Below are positions 1-8,895 of a stretch of DNA of 15,204 nt, one piece after another. This stretch comes from Thermodesulfobacteriota bacterium (GTDB lineage: Bacteria > Desulfobacterota > Desulfobulbia > Desulfobulbales > SURF-16): the NCBI GenBank assembly GCA_040755455.1, contig JBFMAY010000061.1:1-15204 (forward strand), written 5' to 3'. The position numbers and the translations under genes are program-made. Every line of letters begins with the position of its first letter. The first letter of the stretch is position 1. The notes beneath the pieces are model-generated. The model was not told the DNA's origin. It made no database searches and was given only the letters and a program-made list of their open reading frames with translations.

Positions 1-62
1 TTTTGAAGGCATTTCACTCAATTCACATAGGTGAATAAACGCAGCAGTTTAAAAAAATCTAC

Positions 63-119
63 CTGTCGGCTTTGACGAGGTTACCCTACCACAAAAAATA
101 ACCTCTCAAACTCCGACAG
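63..119 (+). promoter_or_regulatory. Long imperfect stem-loop upstream of rho (putative leader element)
   Basis: CTGTCGG 63-69 pairs with CCGACAG 113-119, TTTGA 71-75 with TCAAA 106-110, GAGGTTA 77-83 with TAACCTC 99-105: 19 Watson-Crick pairs. Function is inferred. Confidence 0.6.
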
Positions 120-249
120 ACTCCTAGCTGAGAGAAGTGATATTCCCCTGTGTCGCATTCTTCATTTAGTCCAGGTCCATCCGGGAATGGATGTCTTGTG
201 TTAAAACTGTTGTTAAATAATAACCTGAGTTGAGGAGAAAGAGAGGCAG

Positions 250-1506
250 ATGAATTTAAGCGATCTTAAAGTAATGAAGATCAATGAGCTGACCAAGCTT
301 GCCAAAGAGCTTGGGGTCGAAGGTTTCAGCTCCATGCGCAAGCAGGAATTGATCTTTGCGATTATCCAGACCAAAACCAAAGAGATGGAAAAAAATGGTG
401 TGGTCAGAGGAAGCGGTGTGCTGGAGGTGCTGCCGGATGGCTTCGGTTTTCTTCGCTCGCCGGATTTTAATTACCTGCCGGGTCCAGATGATATTTATGT
501 TTCTCCCTCTCAGATTCGCCGCTTAAACCTTCGCACCGGCGACAGTGTCGAGGGTCTGGTCCGCTCTCCCAAGGAGGGCGAACGTTATTTCGCCCTGCTG
601 AAAGTTGACAGTGTAAACTTCCAGCCGCCTGAAAACGCCAAGAATAAGACCATTTTTGCCAACCTGACCCCCCTGCATCCCGAACAGCGTATCGTCCTTG
701 AGCGTGAGCCTGATAACTATTCCATGCGTATGATGGATATCATGTCGCCCATCGGCAAAGGCCAGCGCGGTCTGATTGTGGCGCCGCCCCGTACGGGCAA
801 AACGGTGCTGATCAAAGACATAGCAAACAGCATCATTAAAAATCATAAAGAGATCATCCTCATTGTGCTGCTCATTGACGAGCGGCCTGAAGAGGTCACC
901 GACATGGCCAGAAGCGTCAAGGCCGAGGTTATCAGCTCAACCTTTGATGAGCCGCCCCAGCGCCACATTCAGGTTGCCGAGATGGTTCTGCACAAGGCAA
1001 AGCGCCTGGTTGAGCATAAGTTCGATGTGGTGATCCTGCTTGACAGCCTGACCCGTCTGGCCAGGGCATACAACACCGTCATGCCTTCCAGTGGCAAGAT
1101 CCTCTCAGGTGGTGTGGACTCAAACGCCCTGCACCGTCCGAAACGCTTTTTCGGCGCGGCCCGTAACATTGAGGAGGGCGGCAGTCTGTCCATCATTGCC
1201 TCCGCCCTGGTTGAAACCGGCAGCCGGATGGACGAGGTTATTTTCGAGGAGTTCAAGGGCACCGGCAACATGGAGATCGTGCTTGACCGCAAGATGGCGG
1301 ACAGGCGTCTTTTCCCGGCCATGGATATCAACCGTTCCGGCACCAGGAAGGAAGAACTCCTGCTCGCCCCGGATGTGATCAACCGATCCTGGATTCTGCG
1401 CAAACTCCTGTCCAACATGAAATCGGCGGATGCCATGGAATTTCTCCTTGATAAGATGAAGGGGACCAAGAACAATCAGGAGTTCTTCGAAATGATGAAC
1501 TGCTGA
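250..1506 (+). CDS. rho: Transcription termination factor Rho (418 aa)
   Basis: N-terminal [10 protein letters not shown] helix, RNA-binding GFGFLR and [12 protein letters not shown] motifs, Walker [35 protein letters not shown]-like GAGGAG at 232-237 and GAGAGG at 241-246. Confidence 0.99.
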   Translation: MNLSDLKVMKINELTKLAKELGVEGFSSMRKQELIFAIIQTKTKEMEKNGVVRGSGVLEVLPDGFGFLRSPDFNYLPGPDDIYVSPSQIRRLNLRTGDSVEGLVRSPKEGERYFALLKVDSVNFQPPENAKNKTIFANLTPLHPEQRIVLEREPDNYSMRMMDIMSPIGKGQRGLIVAPPRTGKTVLIKDIANSIIKNHKEIILIVLLIDERPEEVTDMARSVKAEVISSTFDEPPQRHIQVAEMVLHKAKRLVEHKFDVVILLDSLTRLARAYNTVMPSSGKILSGGVDSNALHRPKRFFGAARNIEEGGSLSIIASALVETGSRMDEVIFEEFKGTGNMEIVLDRKMADRRLFPAMDINRSGTRKEELLLAPDVINRSWILRKLLSNMKSADAMEFLLDKMKGTKNNQEFFEMMNC

Positions 1507-1547
1507 TGGTTGCCATGGGGAACCGTTATTTCATCCACGATAAAATA

Positions 1548-1575
1548 TTGCAAAATATTGCTCGTGGTATATAAT
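1548..1575 (+). promoter_or_regulatory. Putative sigma70 promoter for rpmE-prfA-prmC-murA
   Basis: TTGCAA (1548-1553), 16-nt spacer, consensus TATAAT (1570-1575) in the AT-rich rho-rpmE spacer. Confidence 0.65.
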
Positions 1576-1663
1576 ACCCTGCTTGTCCTATAGAATATGC
1601 CGGCATGTGCTGAAGGCCGATGTGCCGGCTGAAATAAGATTGCTAAAGTTTTGGAGGTTTGCG

Positions 1664-1873
1664 ATGAAAAAAGATATCCATCCCGAGTATCATAAGATCA
1701 ATGCCGTATGCGCCTGCGGCAACGAAGTACCCATCGGCAGCGTCAATTCTGAAATGAGAGTGGAGATCTGTTCCGCCTGCCATCCTTTTTTCACCGGCAA
1801 GCAGAAACTTATTGATACGGCCGGCCGGGTAGAAAAATTCCTGAAAAAATACGGTAAGACCCTCAATAAGTAA
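1664..1873 (+). CDS. rpmE: 50S ribosomal protein L31, type A zinc-binding (69 aa)
   Basis: MKKDIHPEY...CACG...[26 protein letters not shown]. Start set at ATG 1664 after SD GGAGG (1653-1657), not the track start at 1583. Confidence 0.98.
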   Translation: MKKDIHPEYHKINAVCACGNEVPIGSVNSEMRVEICSACHPFFTGKQKLIDTAGRVEKFLKKYGKTLNK

Positions 1874-1903
1874 TTCTCTTTTTTTTCCATCTTCCGGTCC
1901 CCC

Positions 1904-2971
1904 ATGTTCGCCAAGTTTGAAAATATTCATGATAAGCTTCTGGAACTTGAGGGGATGCTTTCCGATCCCGCTGTGCTTGCCAATCAGAGTGAGTACGGCA
2001 AGGTCGCCCGGGAGCATTCCCGCGTGGCCAAAATCCATGGCCTTTACGAGAAGTTCAAGCGGGTGAGCCAGGAGCTGGCGGAAAGCCAGGAGCTTTTCCA
2101 TCAGGAAGATGATGAGGAAATGCGAGAGCTCGCAAAAAGTGAAATTGCGGAACTGAACAATCAGGCCAAAGAGCTTGAGAAAGAGCTGCGGATCCTGTTG
2201 CTGCCCAAGGACCCCAACGATGAAAAGAATATTCTTCTTGAGATCAGGGCGGGTACCGGCGGCGATGAGGCCGCCCTTTTTGTCAGCGACCTGTTCCGCA
2301 TGTATTCGAAATACGCCGAAATACAGGGCTGGAAGGTCGAGGTGATGAGCAGCAACCCCATCGGCATCGGCGGCTTTAAAGAGATCATCGCCTTGATAAG
2401 CGGGGAGCAGGTTTACAGTCAGCTGAAATATGAATCCGGAGTGCATCGGGTGCAGCGGGTGCCGGAAACGGAGGCCCAGGGCAGGATTCATACCTCGGCC
2501 GTCACGGTTGCCGTGCTGCCCGAGGCCGAGGAAGTGGAGCTGCACATCGACCCGAGTGAGCTGCGCTTCGATGTTTTCCGTTCATCAGGACCCGGCGGCC
2601 AGAGTGTCAACACCACTGATTCCGCGGTCCGCGTCACCCACCTGCCCACCGGTCTTGTCGTCTCCTGTCAGGATGAAAAATCTCAGCATAAGAACAAGGC
2701 CAAGGGCCTGAAGGTTCTGCGGGCGCGCCTGCTTGACCTGATGGTGCAGGAGCAGCATGACCGTATATCGGAACAGCGGAAAAGTCAGGTCGGCAGCGGT
2801 GACAGGAGTGAGCGCATCCGCACCTATAATTTTCCCCAGGGCCGGCTGACGGATCACCGGATCAATCTGACCCTGTATCGGCTTGAGGATATCATGCTCG
2901 GCAAGCTCAACTGTGTGATTGAACCCTTAATTGCTCATTATCAGGCAGAGGCTCTGAAAACTGTTCAGTAG
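1904..2971 (+). CDS. prfA: Peptide chain release factor 1 (355 aa)
   Basis: [28 protein letters not shown] (RF1-type PxT), SGPGGQSVN (GGQ), [12 protein letters not shown]; located between rpmE and prmC. Confidence 0.99.
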   Translation: MFAKFENIHDKLLELEGMLSDPAVLANQSEYGKVAREHSRVAKIHGLYEKFKRVSQELAESQELFHQEDDEEMRELAKSEIAELNNQAKELEKELRILLLPKDPNDEKNILLEIRAGTGGDEAALFVSDLFRMYSKYAEIQGWKVEVMSSNPIGIGGFKEIIALISGEQVYSQLKYESGVHRVQRVPETEAQGRIHTSAVTVAVLPEAEEVELHIDPSELRFDVFRSSGPGGQSVNTTDSAVRVTHLPTGLVVSCQDEKSQHKNKAKGLKVLRARLLDLMVQEQHDRISEQRKSQVGSGDRSERIRTYNFPQGRLTDHRINLTLYRLEDIMLGKLNCVIEPLIAHYQAEALKTVQ

Positions 2972-3103
2972 TTATCAGATGCTGTTTTTCACTGCCCATT
3001 GCTTTTTCCATCTCTTTTCGACATTGCCTGATGCCGTGGTTCGCGTTTGCCGGTTAACGGGCCATTGGGCATCTTGTCTCCCCGGTGAATGGCGCGGACT
3101 TTC

Positions 3104-3964
3104 ATGAAGGCACTGAATCTCTATCAAAGCGGTGTGAGCCGCCTCAGACAAGCGGAGATCGAGGATGCGGAGATCGAGGCATCTCTTCTTCTCGGCCATT
3201 TGCTCAATCTTTCCCGGGCCCGGGTTTTTCTCCATGATGAACAGTTGCCCGACTCCGTTCTGCGGGATTTTGAACATTATCTCAGCCGCCGTTTGACCAG
3301 AGAGCCACTGGCCTATATCCTGGGCGAACAGGAATTCTGGTCCCTGCCGTTTTATGTCAACAATGATGTCCTGATCCCCCGTCCTGAAACCGAACTTCTG
3401 CTTGAGATCGTGCTGCAGGTTTTAAGGGGGGAGGAGCAGGATCTGCAGTCAGGGCGGGTGCTGGATATGGGCACAGGCAGCGGTGTCATCCCCATCGTTC
3501 TGGCCCTTGAGCTTCCTCAGGCCTTTGTCTGCACCCTTGATATCTCTTATGCCGCCCAGGTCGTGGCCAGAAAAAATGCCGCACGGCATAATGTTCTGGA
3601 CCGTGTCTCCTTTATTTCTTCCGACTGGCTGGCCGGTATCCGCCGGACACCTCTCTTTGATCTGGTGGTGACCAATCCCCCTTACGTGGCCCGGGAGAGC
3701 TTTGCCGGCCTGCAGCCCGAGGTGAGCCTGTTTGAACCGCGGCTTGCCCTGGATGGCGGGCAGGGGGGAGGTGAGGTGATCGCCCGGTTTGCCGGGGATG
3801 TTGCCGCCGTGCTCAAGCCAGGCGGCCGTTTTTTCATGGAAATCGGCGCGGATCAGTCCCATTTCGTCATGGATCTTTTTTCATCTTTTCCAGAATTTGA
3901 CGGGCTCACTGTATATGAAGATTATGCAGGGCTTCCCAGAATATTTCACGCAAGGCGGTCATAA
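3104..3964 (+). CDS. prmC: Release factor glutamine N5-methyltransferase PrmC/HemK (alternative start 3089)
   Basis: EPLAYILG, VLIPRPETE, SAM motif LDMGTGSG, NPPY, EPRLALDGG; follows prfA; stop codon abuts the murA ATG. Confidence 0.97.
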   Translation: MKALNLYQSGVSRLRQAEIEDAEIEASLLLGHLLNLSRARVFLHDEQLPDSVLRDFEHYLSRRLTREPLAYILGEQEFWSLPFYVNNDVLIPRPETELLLEIVLQVLRGEEQDLQSGRVLDMGTGSGVIPIVLALELPQAFVCTLDISYAAQVVARKNAARHNVLDRVSFISSDWLAGIRRTPLFDLVVTNPPYVARESFAGLQPEVSLFEPRLALDGGQGGGEVIARFAGDVAAVLKPGGRFFMEIGADQSHFVMDLFSSFPEFDGLTVYEDYAGLPRIFHARRS

Positions 3965-5230
3965 ATGGATAAAATTGTAATTGAAGGCGGCAGAAGCCTG
4001 CAGGGTGAGATCAAGATCAGCGGGGCAAAGAATGGCGCCCTGCCCATCATTGCCGCCACCCTGCTCTGTCCGGGCACCCATATCATCTATAATGTGCCGG
4101 AGTTGCGTGATATCAAGACTATTCTGCAGCTGCTCGGCACCCTTGGCGCAACCTGGGAGAGGGTGGATACGAATACCCTTGCCATCAATTCCGATCATGT
4201 CACCGAGTTTGAAGCCTCCTATGAGCTGGTGAAAACCATGCGGGCTTCGGTGCTGGTGCTGGGGCCGCTGCTGGCCCGCCTGGGCCGGGCCAGGGTTTCC
4301 CTGCCCGGGGGGTGCGCCATCGGCGCCCGTCCCATCGATTTTCATATGCAGGGTTTTCAGAAGCTTGGCGCGCAGCTTGAGCTTGAACAGGGTTATGTCG
4401 ACGCCAAGGTTTGCGGCCGGCTGCGGGGTAACACCGTTTATTTTGATATTCCCTCTGTCACCGGCACGGAGAATATCCTGATGGCCGCCGTGCTGGCCGA
4501 AGGAACCACGGTCATCAAAAATTCCGCCAAGGAGCCGGAGATCGGCAATCTGATCGACATGCTGACCGGCATGGGGGCAAGTATTGAAGGCCGCAATACC
4601 GACCGACTGATTGTGCACGGGGTCAATAGCTTAAGGCCCGCTGAGATTGCCATCATTCCCGACCGCATCGAAACCGGGACCTTTCTCATTGCCGTCGGCG
4701 CCGCCGGAGGCGACGTTACCCTGACCAACTGCAATCCCGCCCACCTGCCGTCACTTTCCGAGAAATTACGCAACAGCGGCATCTATCTTGAGGAGGGGGA
4801 GAAAAGCATCCGGGTGATCCGTTCAGGACCTCTGAAAAATGTTGATATAAAAACCATGCCTTATCCGGGGTTTCCCACCGATCTTCAGGCCCAGATCATG
4901 GCGCTGATGACCTTGACCGAGGGACTCAGCGTCATCCATGAAAACATCTTTGAAAACCGCTTTATGCATGTGGCTGAACTGCGCAGGATGGGGGCGGACA
5001 TCATGGTGGAAGGCGGCAAGGCCATTGTCAAGGGCCAGGGCAAACTGGCCGGCGCCCAGGTGATGGCGACCGATCTGCGCGCCAGCGCCTCGCTGGTCAT
5101 AGCCGGGCTTGCCGCCCAGGGACTGACGGAGATCTCCCGGGTCTATCATCTTGACCGGGGATATGATGATCTGGTGGGCAAGCTGTCGGCGGTGGGGGCG
5201 AAGATCTGGCGCGAGCCGGAAAAAAAATAA
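3965..5230 (+). CDS. murA: UDP-N-acetylglucosamine 1-carboxyvinyltransferase (421 aa)
   Basis: [31 protein letters not shown] (Cys117, the fosfomycin-reactive Cys type), [31 protein letters not shown]. Confidence 0.99.
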   Translation: MDKIVIEGGRSLQGEIKISGAKNGALPIIAATLLCPGTHIIYNVPELRDIKTILQLLGTLGATWERVDTNTLAINSDHVTEFEASYELVKTMRASVLVLGPLLARLGRARVSLPGGCAIGARPIDFHMQGFQKLGAQLELEQGYVDAKVCGRLRGNTVYFDIPSVTGTENILMAAVLAEGTTVIKNSAKEPEIGNLIDMLTGMGASIEGRNTDRLIVHGVNSLRPAEIAIIPDRIETGTFLIAVGAAGGDVTLTNCNPAHLPSLSEKLRNSGIYLEEGEKSIRVIRSGPLKNVDIKTMPYPGFPTDLQAQIMALMTLTEGLSVIHENIFENRFMHVAELRRMGADIMVEGGKAIVKGQGKLAGAQVMATDLRASASLVIAGLAAQGLTEISRVYHLDRGYDDLVGKLSAVGAKIWREPEKK

Positions 5231-5251
5231 CAGCAGCCCCGCCGTTTACGT

Positions 5252-5869
5252 TTAGTGCAGCCCGGCCAGCGCCAGCCTGAGCGCCTTTTCATGGACCTTG
5301 CCGGCCACATGCAGGGCGCTTTTGCCGGTAAGCGGATCGAAATTGCTCGGATCGGCGGCGCAGAGATACTGCGCCTCCCTGGCAATGGACTCCAGGGCCG
5401 TCTCGGGTGACAGGCCGAGAATCCGGGGGATGAGCTGCCAGCTTGCCCCGCAGGAAGCGCCCCGCCTCACCTCCATTCTGCAGATCTTATTATCCCTGAC
5501 CTCCACCTCATATTCGGGAATGCCGAATTGCTCACCGTAAAGCCCAAGCCCCGGCAGTCGTCCCAGGGAGCAGCAGGTGAACGGCGTGATGGCCGCCTCA
5601 TGTTTTCTGCCCGAGGCGATGAGCGGAATCTTTTTCTCCCCGCAGAGGACGGCAAGATGATCAAGCAGATCAGGATGTTTGAGAAAGCTTAGCACCAGAT
5701 CGCCGGTGAAATCCTCCCGAAAATACTCCTCCGGGCTGTCAATGAAGTCGGGCAGATGGGCGGGCAGATCAAAAACTTTGCTGATGATGAGGCCTGCGCC
5801 GTATTGCCGGATACCGCTGATTTTTACCTCGCCGGATCCGGCCTGCTGAAAGACGATGATCTCATCCAT
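5252..5869 (-). CDS. DUF166-family protein of unknown function (205 aa)
   Basis: Motifs recalled for the family: LPDFIDSPEEY, HPDL, PFTCCSL, FGIPEYEV, RGASCGAS, LHVAGKVH. Not confirmed by HMM. Confidence 0.75.
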   Translation of the reverse strand: MDEIIVFQQAGSGEVKISGIRQYGAGLIISKVFDLPAHLPDFIDSPEEYFREDFTGDLVLSFLKHPDLLDHLAVLCGEKKIPLIASGRKHEAAITPFTCCSLGRLPGLGLYGEQFGIPEYEVEVRDNKICRMEVRRGASCGASWQLIPRILGLSPETALESIAREAQYLCAADPSNFDPLTGKSALHVAGKVHEKALRLALAGLH

Positions 5870-5885
5870 GCGGAGATTGGCAATG

Positions 5886-6209
5886 CTAATGGGTCATCTT
5901 GCTGTTTTGATGGGATAAATGACCGGAAAACAGTTCGTCGAATTCGGAGATGATTTTCTCCTTGGAAGCTTCAACTGTCTCATAGGGTAGATCAAGAAAC
6001 AGGGCTACGTCATCAATGCCTCTGCCCTGGCCGAAATGCTGTTCGGCAATGATGATCTTCAAAAAATCATCCTGAATGAGCGGACGGATATTTTCTTCGA
6101 TCCCCTGCAATATCTCGCAGGCCTGGGCAAAGGTTTTTCCCTTGGCGATCTCCTTTCGCATCTTCTGTACCGCTTGTTCATAAAGGATTTCGTCATCTTT
6201 CATCTTCAT
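5886..6209 (-). CDS. Hypothetical small acidic helical protein (107 aa; alternative start 6203)
   Basis: ORF fills the gap between an AT-rich spacer and the DUF166-like gene (16-nt gap, same strand); protein-like composition; possible HTH-like segment. Confidence 0.8.
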   Translation of the reverse strand: MKMKDDEILYEQAVQKMRKEIAKGKTFAQACEILQGIEENIRPLIQDDFLKIIIAEQHFGQGRGIDDVALFLDLPYETVEASKEKIISEFDELFSGHLSHQNSKMTH

Positions 6210-6251
6210 GTTTTCTGCTTTGATGATTGTTAATCTGCAACGGGTTGTTTT

Positions 6252-6260
6252 ATTTTACCA
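6252..6260 (-). promoter_or_regulatory. Putative extended -10 promoter (TGGTAAAAT) for the hypothetical + DUF166 pair
   Basis: Minus strand reads TG-G-TAAAAT about 43 nt upstream of ATG 6209. The same 9-mer lies upstream of tsaD. No good -35. Confidence 0.45.
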
Positions 6261-6357
6261 GAGGTTACTGTAATTATCTTTTACCAAAAATCAAAATTCC
6301 TTTACCTAAAAAATACAAAAAAAGAAAGAAGGGAGTTGATTTTTTTTTTGCAACGGC

Positions 6358-7518
6358 TTAGCGGCAGGCAGCGAGGATTTCCATGATGACATCCTTGCTG
6401 TATTCATTCAGGCGCCAGATTTTGGCCAGCGCCAGCGCGTTTTCGGCAATCAGGGGGATATCCCCGGCCGCAATGCCGGCCTGGCCGAGAGTGGTCGGAC
6501 TTTTGACGCTGACAAACCAGTTTTCCAGGCGTTTGATCCCTTCCATGGCGCAGGTTTCATTGTTGCCCGCCAGCCCGAAAACCCGCTGGGCGAACTGGAT
6601 GAATTTGCCGGGACGCCGCCGGGCCTGATAGCGCATCCAGGAGGGCATGACCACGGAGAGCCCCGCGCCATGGGCAATATTGTACAGGGCGGAGAGCGAA
6701 TGCTCGATCATGTGCATGGGAAAACCCACCATGCCCAGGCCTGCGGCGGTCCAGCCGTTCAAGGCCAGGGTGGCTGCCCACATGAGATCGGCCCTGCCCT
6801 GATAATCAAGGGGGCTCTGCAGTACCCGGTCACAGCTTTCCATGATGGTGATCACCAGCCCCTCCATGAAGCGATCCTGCACCGGGGTAGCGGGATCCCT
6901 GGTGGTGAAGTAGAATTCCAGGATATGGGCGATGGCATCCACCGCGCCGTAGGCGGTATAATCCGGGGGCACGGTGAAGGTAAGGGTGGGATCGAGGATG
7001 GAGACCCTGGGGCAAAGCAGCCGGTTGCCCACCCCGAATTTGTGGCTTGTTTGCTCATTGGTGATGACCATGCCGCCGTTCATTTCCGAGCCGGCGGCGG
7101 CCAGGGTGAGGACGCAGGTGAGCGGCAGGGTTTTTTTGATGCTTTTCTTGGCCTTGAAGAACTGCCAGACATCATGGTCCGCCAGGGCGCCGGCGGCAAT
7201 GGCCTTGGCGCTGTCAATGACACTGCCGCCGCCCACCGCGACCACGGCCTCGACAGCATTTTTTTTGGCCACGTCGATGCCTGCCCGCACGTGGCTGAGC
7301 ACAGGGTTGGAGACGACGCCGCCGTGTTCGATGATATCCAGGCCCGCTCCGGCAAGTGCGGAAAAGACCTGCTCGTGGATGCCGTTTCGTTTGATGCTGA
7401 CCTGGCCATAGACCAGCAGGACTTTTGCGCCGAAGGCCGCGGTTTCCGGACCTATCGCCTTTACCGTATCGCGGCCGAAGATGATTTTGGTCGGGTTATG
7501 TAACACAAAGTTCTGCAT
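6358..7518 (-). CDS. Iron-containing alcohol dehydrogenase, butanol dehydrogenase/YqhD-like (386 aa)
   Basis: NPTKIIFG, AVGGGSVIDSAK, LTLAAAGSE, SILDP; metal ligands in DAIAH, HMIEH and AHG. Confidence 0.95.
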   Translation of the reverse strand: MQNFVLHNPTKIIFGRDTVKAIGPETAAFGAKVLLVYGQVSIKRNGIHEQVFSALAGAGLDIIEHGGVVSNPVLSHVRAGIDVAKKNAVEAVVAVGGGSVIDSAKAIAAGALADHDVWQFFKAKKSIKKTLPLTCVLTLAAAGSEMNGGMVITNEQTSHKFGVGNRLLCPRVSILDPTLTFTVPPDYTAYGAVDAIAHILEFYFTTRDPATPVQDRFMEGLVITIMESCDRVLQSPLDYQGRADLMWAATLALNGWTAAGLGMVGFPMHMIEHSLSALYNIAHGAGLSVVMPSWMRYQARRRPGKFIQFAQRVFGLAGNNETCAMEGIKRLENWFVSVKSPTTLGQAGIAAGDIPLIAENALALAKIWRLNEYSKDVIMEILAACR

Positions 7519-7529
7519 GCTCTTTCCTG

Positions 7530-8390
7530 TTACGCAACGTTAGCCAGTTCGCGGGTCAGGGCAACAAAATCCTCGATGGTCAGTCTCTCTGCCCTGGTGG
7601 TGGGATCAATTCCTGCCCCGAGCAAGGCCCTGCGGCAATTTTCCTTGGCAAAATCGACGAAGGGTGATGAGGAGAGGGAGTTCAGCAGGGTTTTGCGGCG
7701 TTTCTGGAAGGCGCTGCGCACCACCTTGCGCAGCAGTTCCGGATCATGGGCCGGCAGAGTACTTGCGCGCTGCGGGACGGGATGGAAGATAATTTTTACC
7801 ACCACGGAATCCACCTTGGGCCGGGGATGGAACTGGCCTGGGCCGACATCAAGCAGGCGGGTGACTGATGCCGAGCCGGCCATCAGCACCGAGAGGATGC
7901 CGTATTCCTTGGTGCCTGGGGCGGCGACAAGCCGCATGGCCACCTCCTTCTGCAGCATCAGCACCGCCCACTCCATCACCGCGTGATTGTCGAGCAGCTT
8001 GAAGAGAAGGGGGTTGGAGATGGAATAGGGGAGGTTGGCCAGTATTTTCAGCCGTCCGCCGCATTGCTGCGCCAGGTCGGGGAAATTGGCTTTGAGCAGG
8101 TCCTGATGGATGAGTTGCACGTTGTCGGCCAGATTGCCGCTGGTTGTCTGCCAGTCAATGATGCCGGAGTCGATCTCCAGGCCGATGACTCTGTTTGCTT
8201 TTTCAGCCAGCGGACCGGTCAAGGTGCCAAGGCCGACACCCAGTTCCACCACCGTATCGTCGGCAGTGACCCCGGCCAGGGCGACAATTGCCGCCGCGGT
8301 CTGCCGGTGGATGAGAAAGTTCTGGCCCCGTTTTTTTGATGGGGCCAGTTTTTCATTCTTAAGGATATCTTTTATCGTCTGCAGGCTCAT
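7530..8390 (-). CDS. rsmA: 16S rRNA m6,2A dimethyltransferase RsmA/KsgA (about 286 aa; alternative start 8399)
   Basis: PSKKRGQNFL, ELGVGLGTLT, EID, ANLPYSIS, MLQKEVAMRL, FHPRPKVDS, AFQKRRKTLLNSL, RAERL. The upstream extension in the ORF track is not RsmA-like. Confidence 0.97.
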   Translation of the reverse strand: MSLQTIKDILKNEKLAPSKKRGQNFLIHRQTAAAIVALAGVTADDTVVELGVGLGTLTGPLAEKANRVIGLEIDSGIIDWQTTSGNLADNVQLIHQDLLKANFPDLAQQCGGRLKILANLPYSISNPLLFKLLDNHAVMEWAVLMLQKEVAMRLVAAPGTKEYGILSVLMAGSASVTRLLDVGPGQFHPRPKVDSVVVKIIFHPVPQRASTLPAHDPELLRKVVRSAFQKRRKTLLNSLSSSPFVDFAKENCRRALLGAGIDPTTRAERLTIEDFVALTRELANVA

Positions 8391-8895
8391 AGATGGCATA
8401 GTTTTCTGCGCGGCGCATGAAGCGTTTTCTGCGCAGTCGCTTGTAGAAGTAAAGGGAGAGAAAGTAGCCGGCCACGGCAAAGGGGAGGGCCAGTACCGCT
8501 CCGCCGACCAGCATGACGGCAATGGCCTCCCAGCCGAGTGTGCCCAGTTCGGCCAGGGTCTTCTCAAAGCCGGTATGACCGGAAATGATGGCCATGATTT
8601 CATGGATGCGCTCCCAGGAAAGCTCATAAGGGGTGAGCCACGTGCCAAGCCGCCAGGAAAGATAATATTGCAAGAAAAAGGTCAGTGGATTGCTGACCAC
8701 GCAGCTGGCCAGCAGACCGGCAAGTTTGTTGGCCCGGCAGAAGAGGGTGAGTACAAGGACCAGCAAGGTGTGCAGGGGGATGGTGGGGGTAATGCCGACA
8801 AAGATGCCGATGGCAATGCCCCTGGCGATTTCCTGCGGATCTCCCTGGAGGCGGATGAAGCGCAGGTAATAGTATCTGAAGAAACGCCTGTTCAT
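8359..8895 (-). CDS. DUF2062-family membrane protein (178 aa)
   Basis: PQEIARGIAIGIFVGITP, SNPLT, hydrophobic helices and a basic C-terminal tail; ATGA overlap with the tsaD stop. Confidence 0.88.
   Translation of the reverse strand: MNRRFFRYYYLRFIRLQGDPQEIARGIAIGIFVGITPTIPLHTLLVLVLTLFCRANKLAGLLASCVVSNPLTFFLQYYLSWRLGTWLTPYELSWERIHEIMAIISGHTGFEKTLAELGTLGWEAIAVMLVGGAVLALPFAVAGYFLSLYFYKRLRRKRFMRRAENYAIYEPADDKRYP

Noticed and set aside
1501..1530. Selenocysteine readthrough at the rho TGC-TGA end
   Set aside because: Rho is already full length at this position, and no SECIS-like hairpin is evident after the TGA.
1583..1663. 27-aa N-terminal extension of L31 in the ORF track
   Set aside because: TTG start with no SD, right at the predicted TSS; the canonical MKKDIHP start at 1664 has GGAGG.
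1643..2545. 300-aa antisense ORF over rpmE/prfA, and similar long ORFs at 3959-4618, 6670-7503, 8110-8925, 11079-11714 and 13033-14079
   Set aside because: All lie antisense to well-conserved genes and show no recognisable motifs; expected shadow ORFs of GC-rich codon usage.
2975..3277. 100-aa minus-strand ORF spanning the prfA-prmC spacer
   Set aside because: Mostly antisense to prmC, with no SD and no recognisable motif.
8391..8648. 86-aa N-terminal extension of RsmA, or a DUF2062-RsmA frameshift fusion
   Set aside because: It is an alternative frame inside DUF2062 with non-protein-like composition; RsmA homology starts near 8390 and no convincing slippery site was seen.
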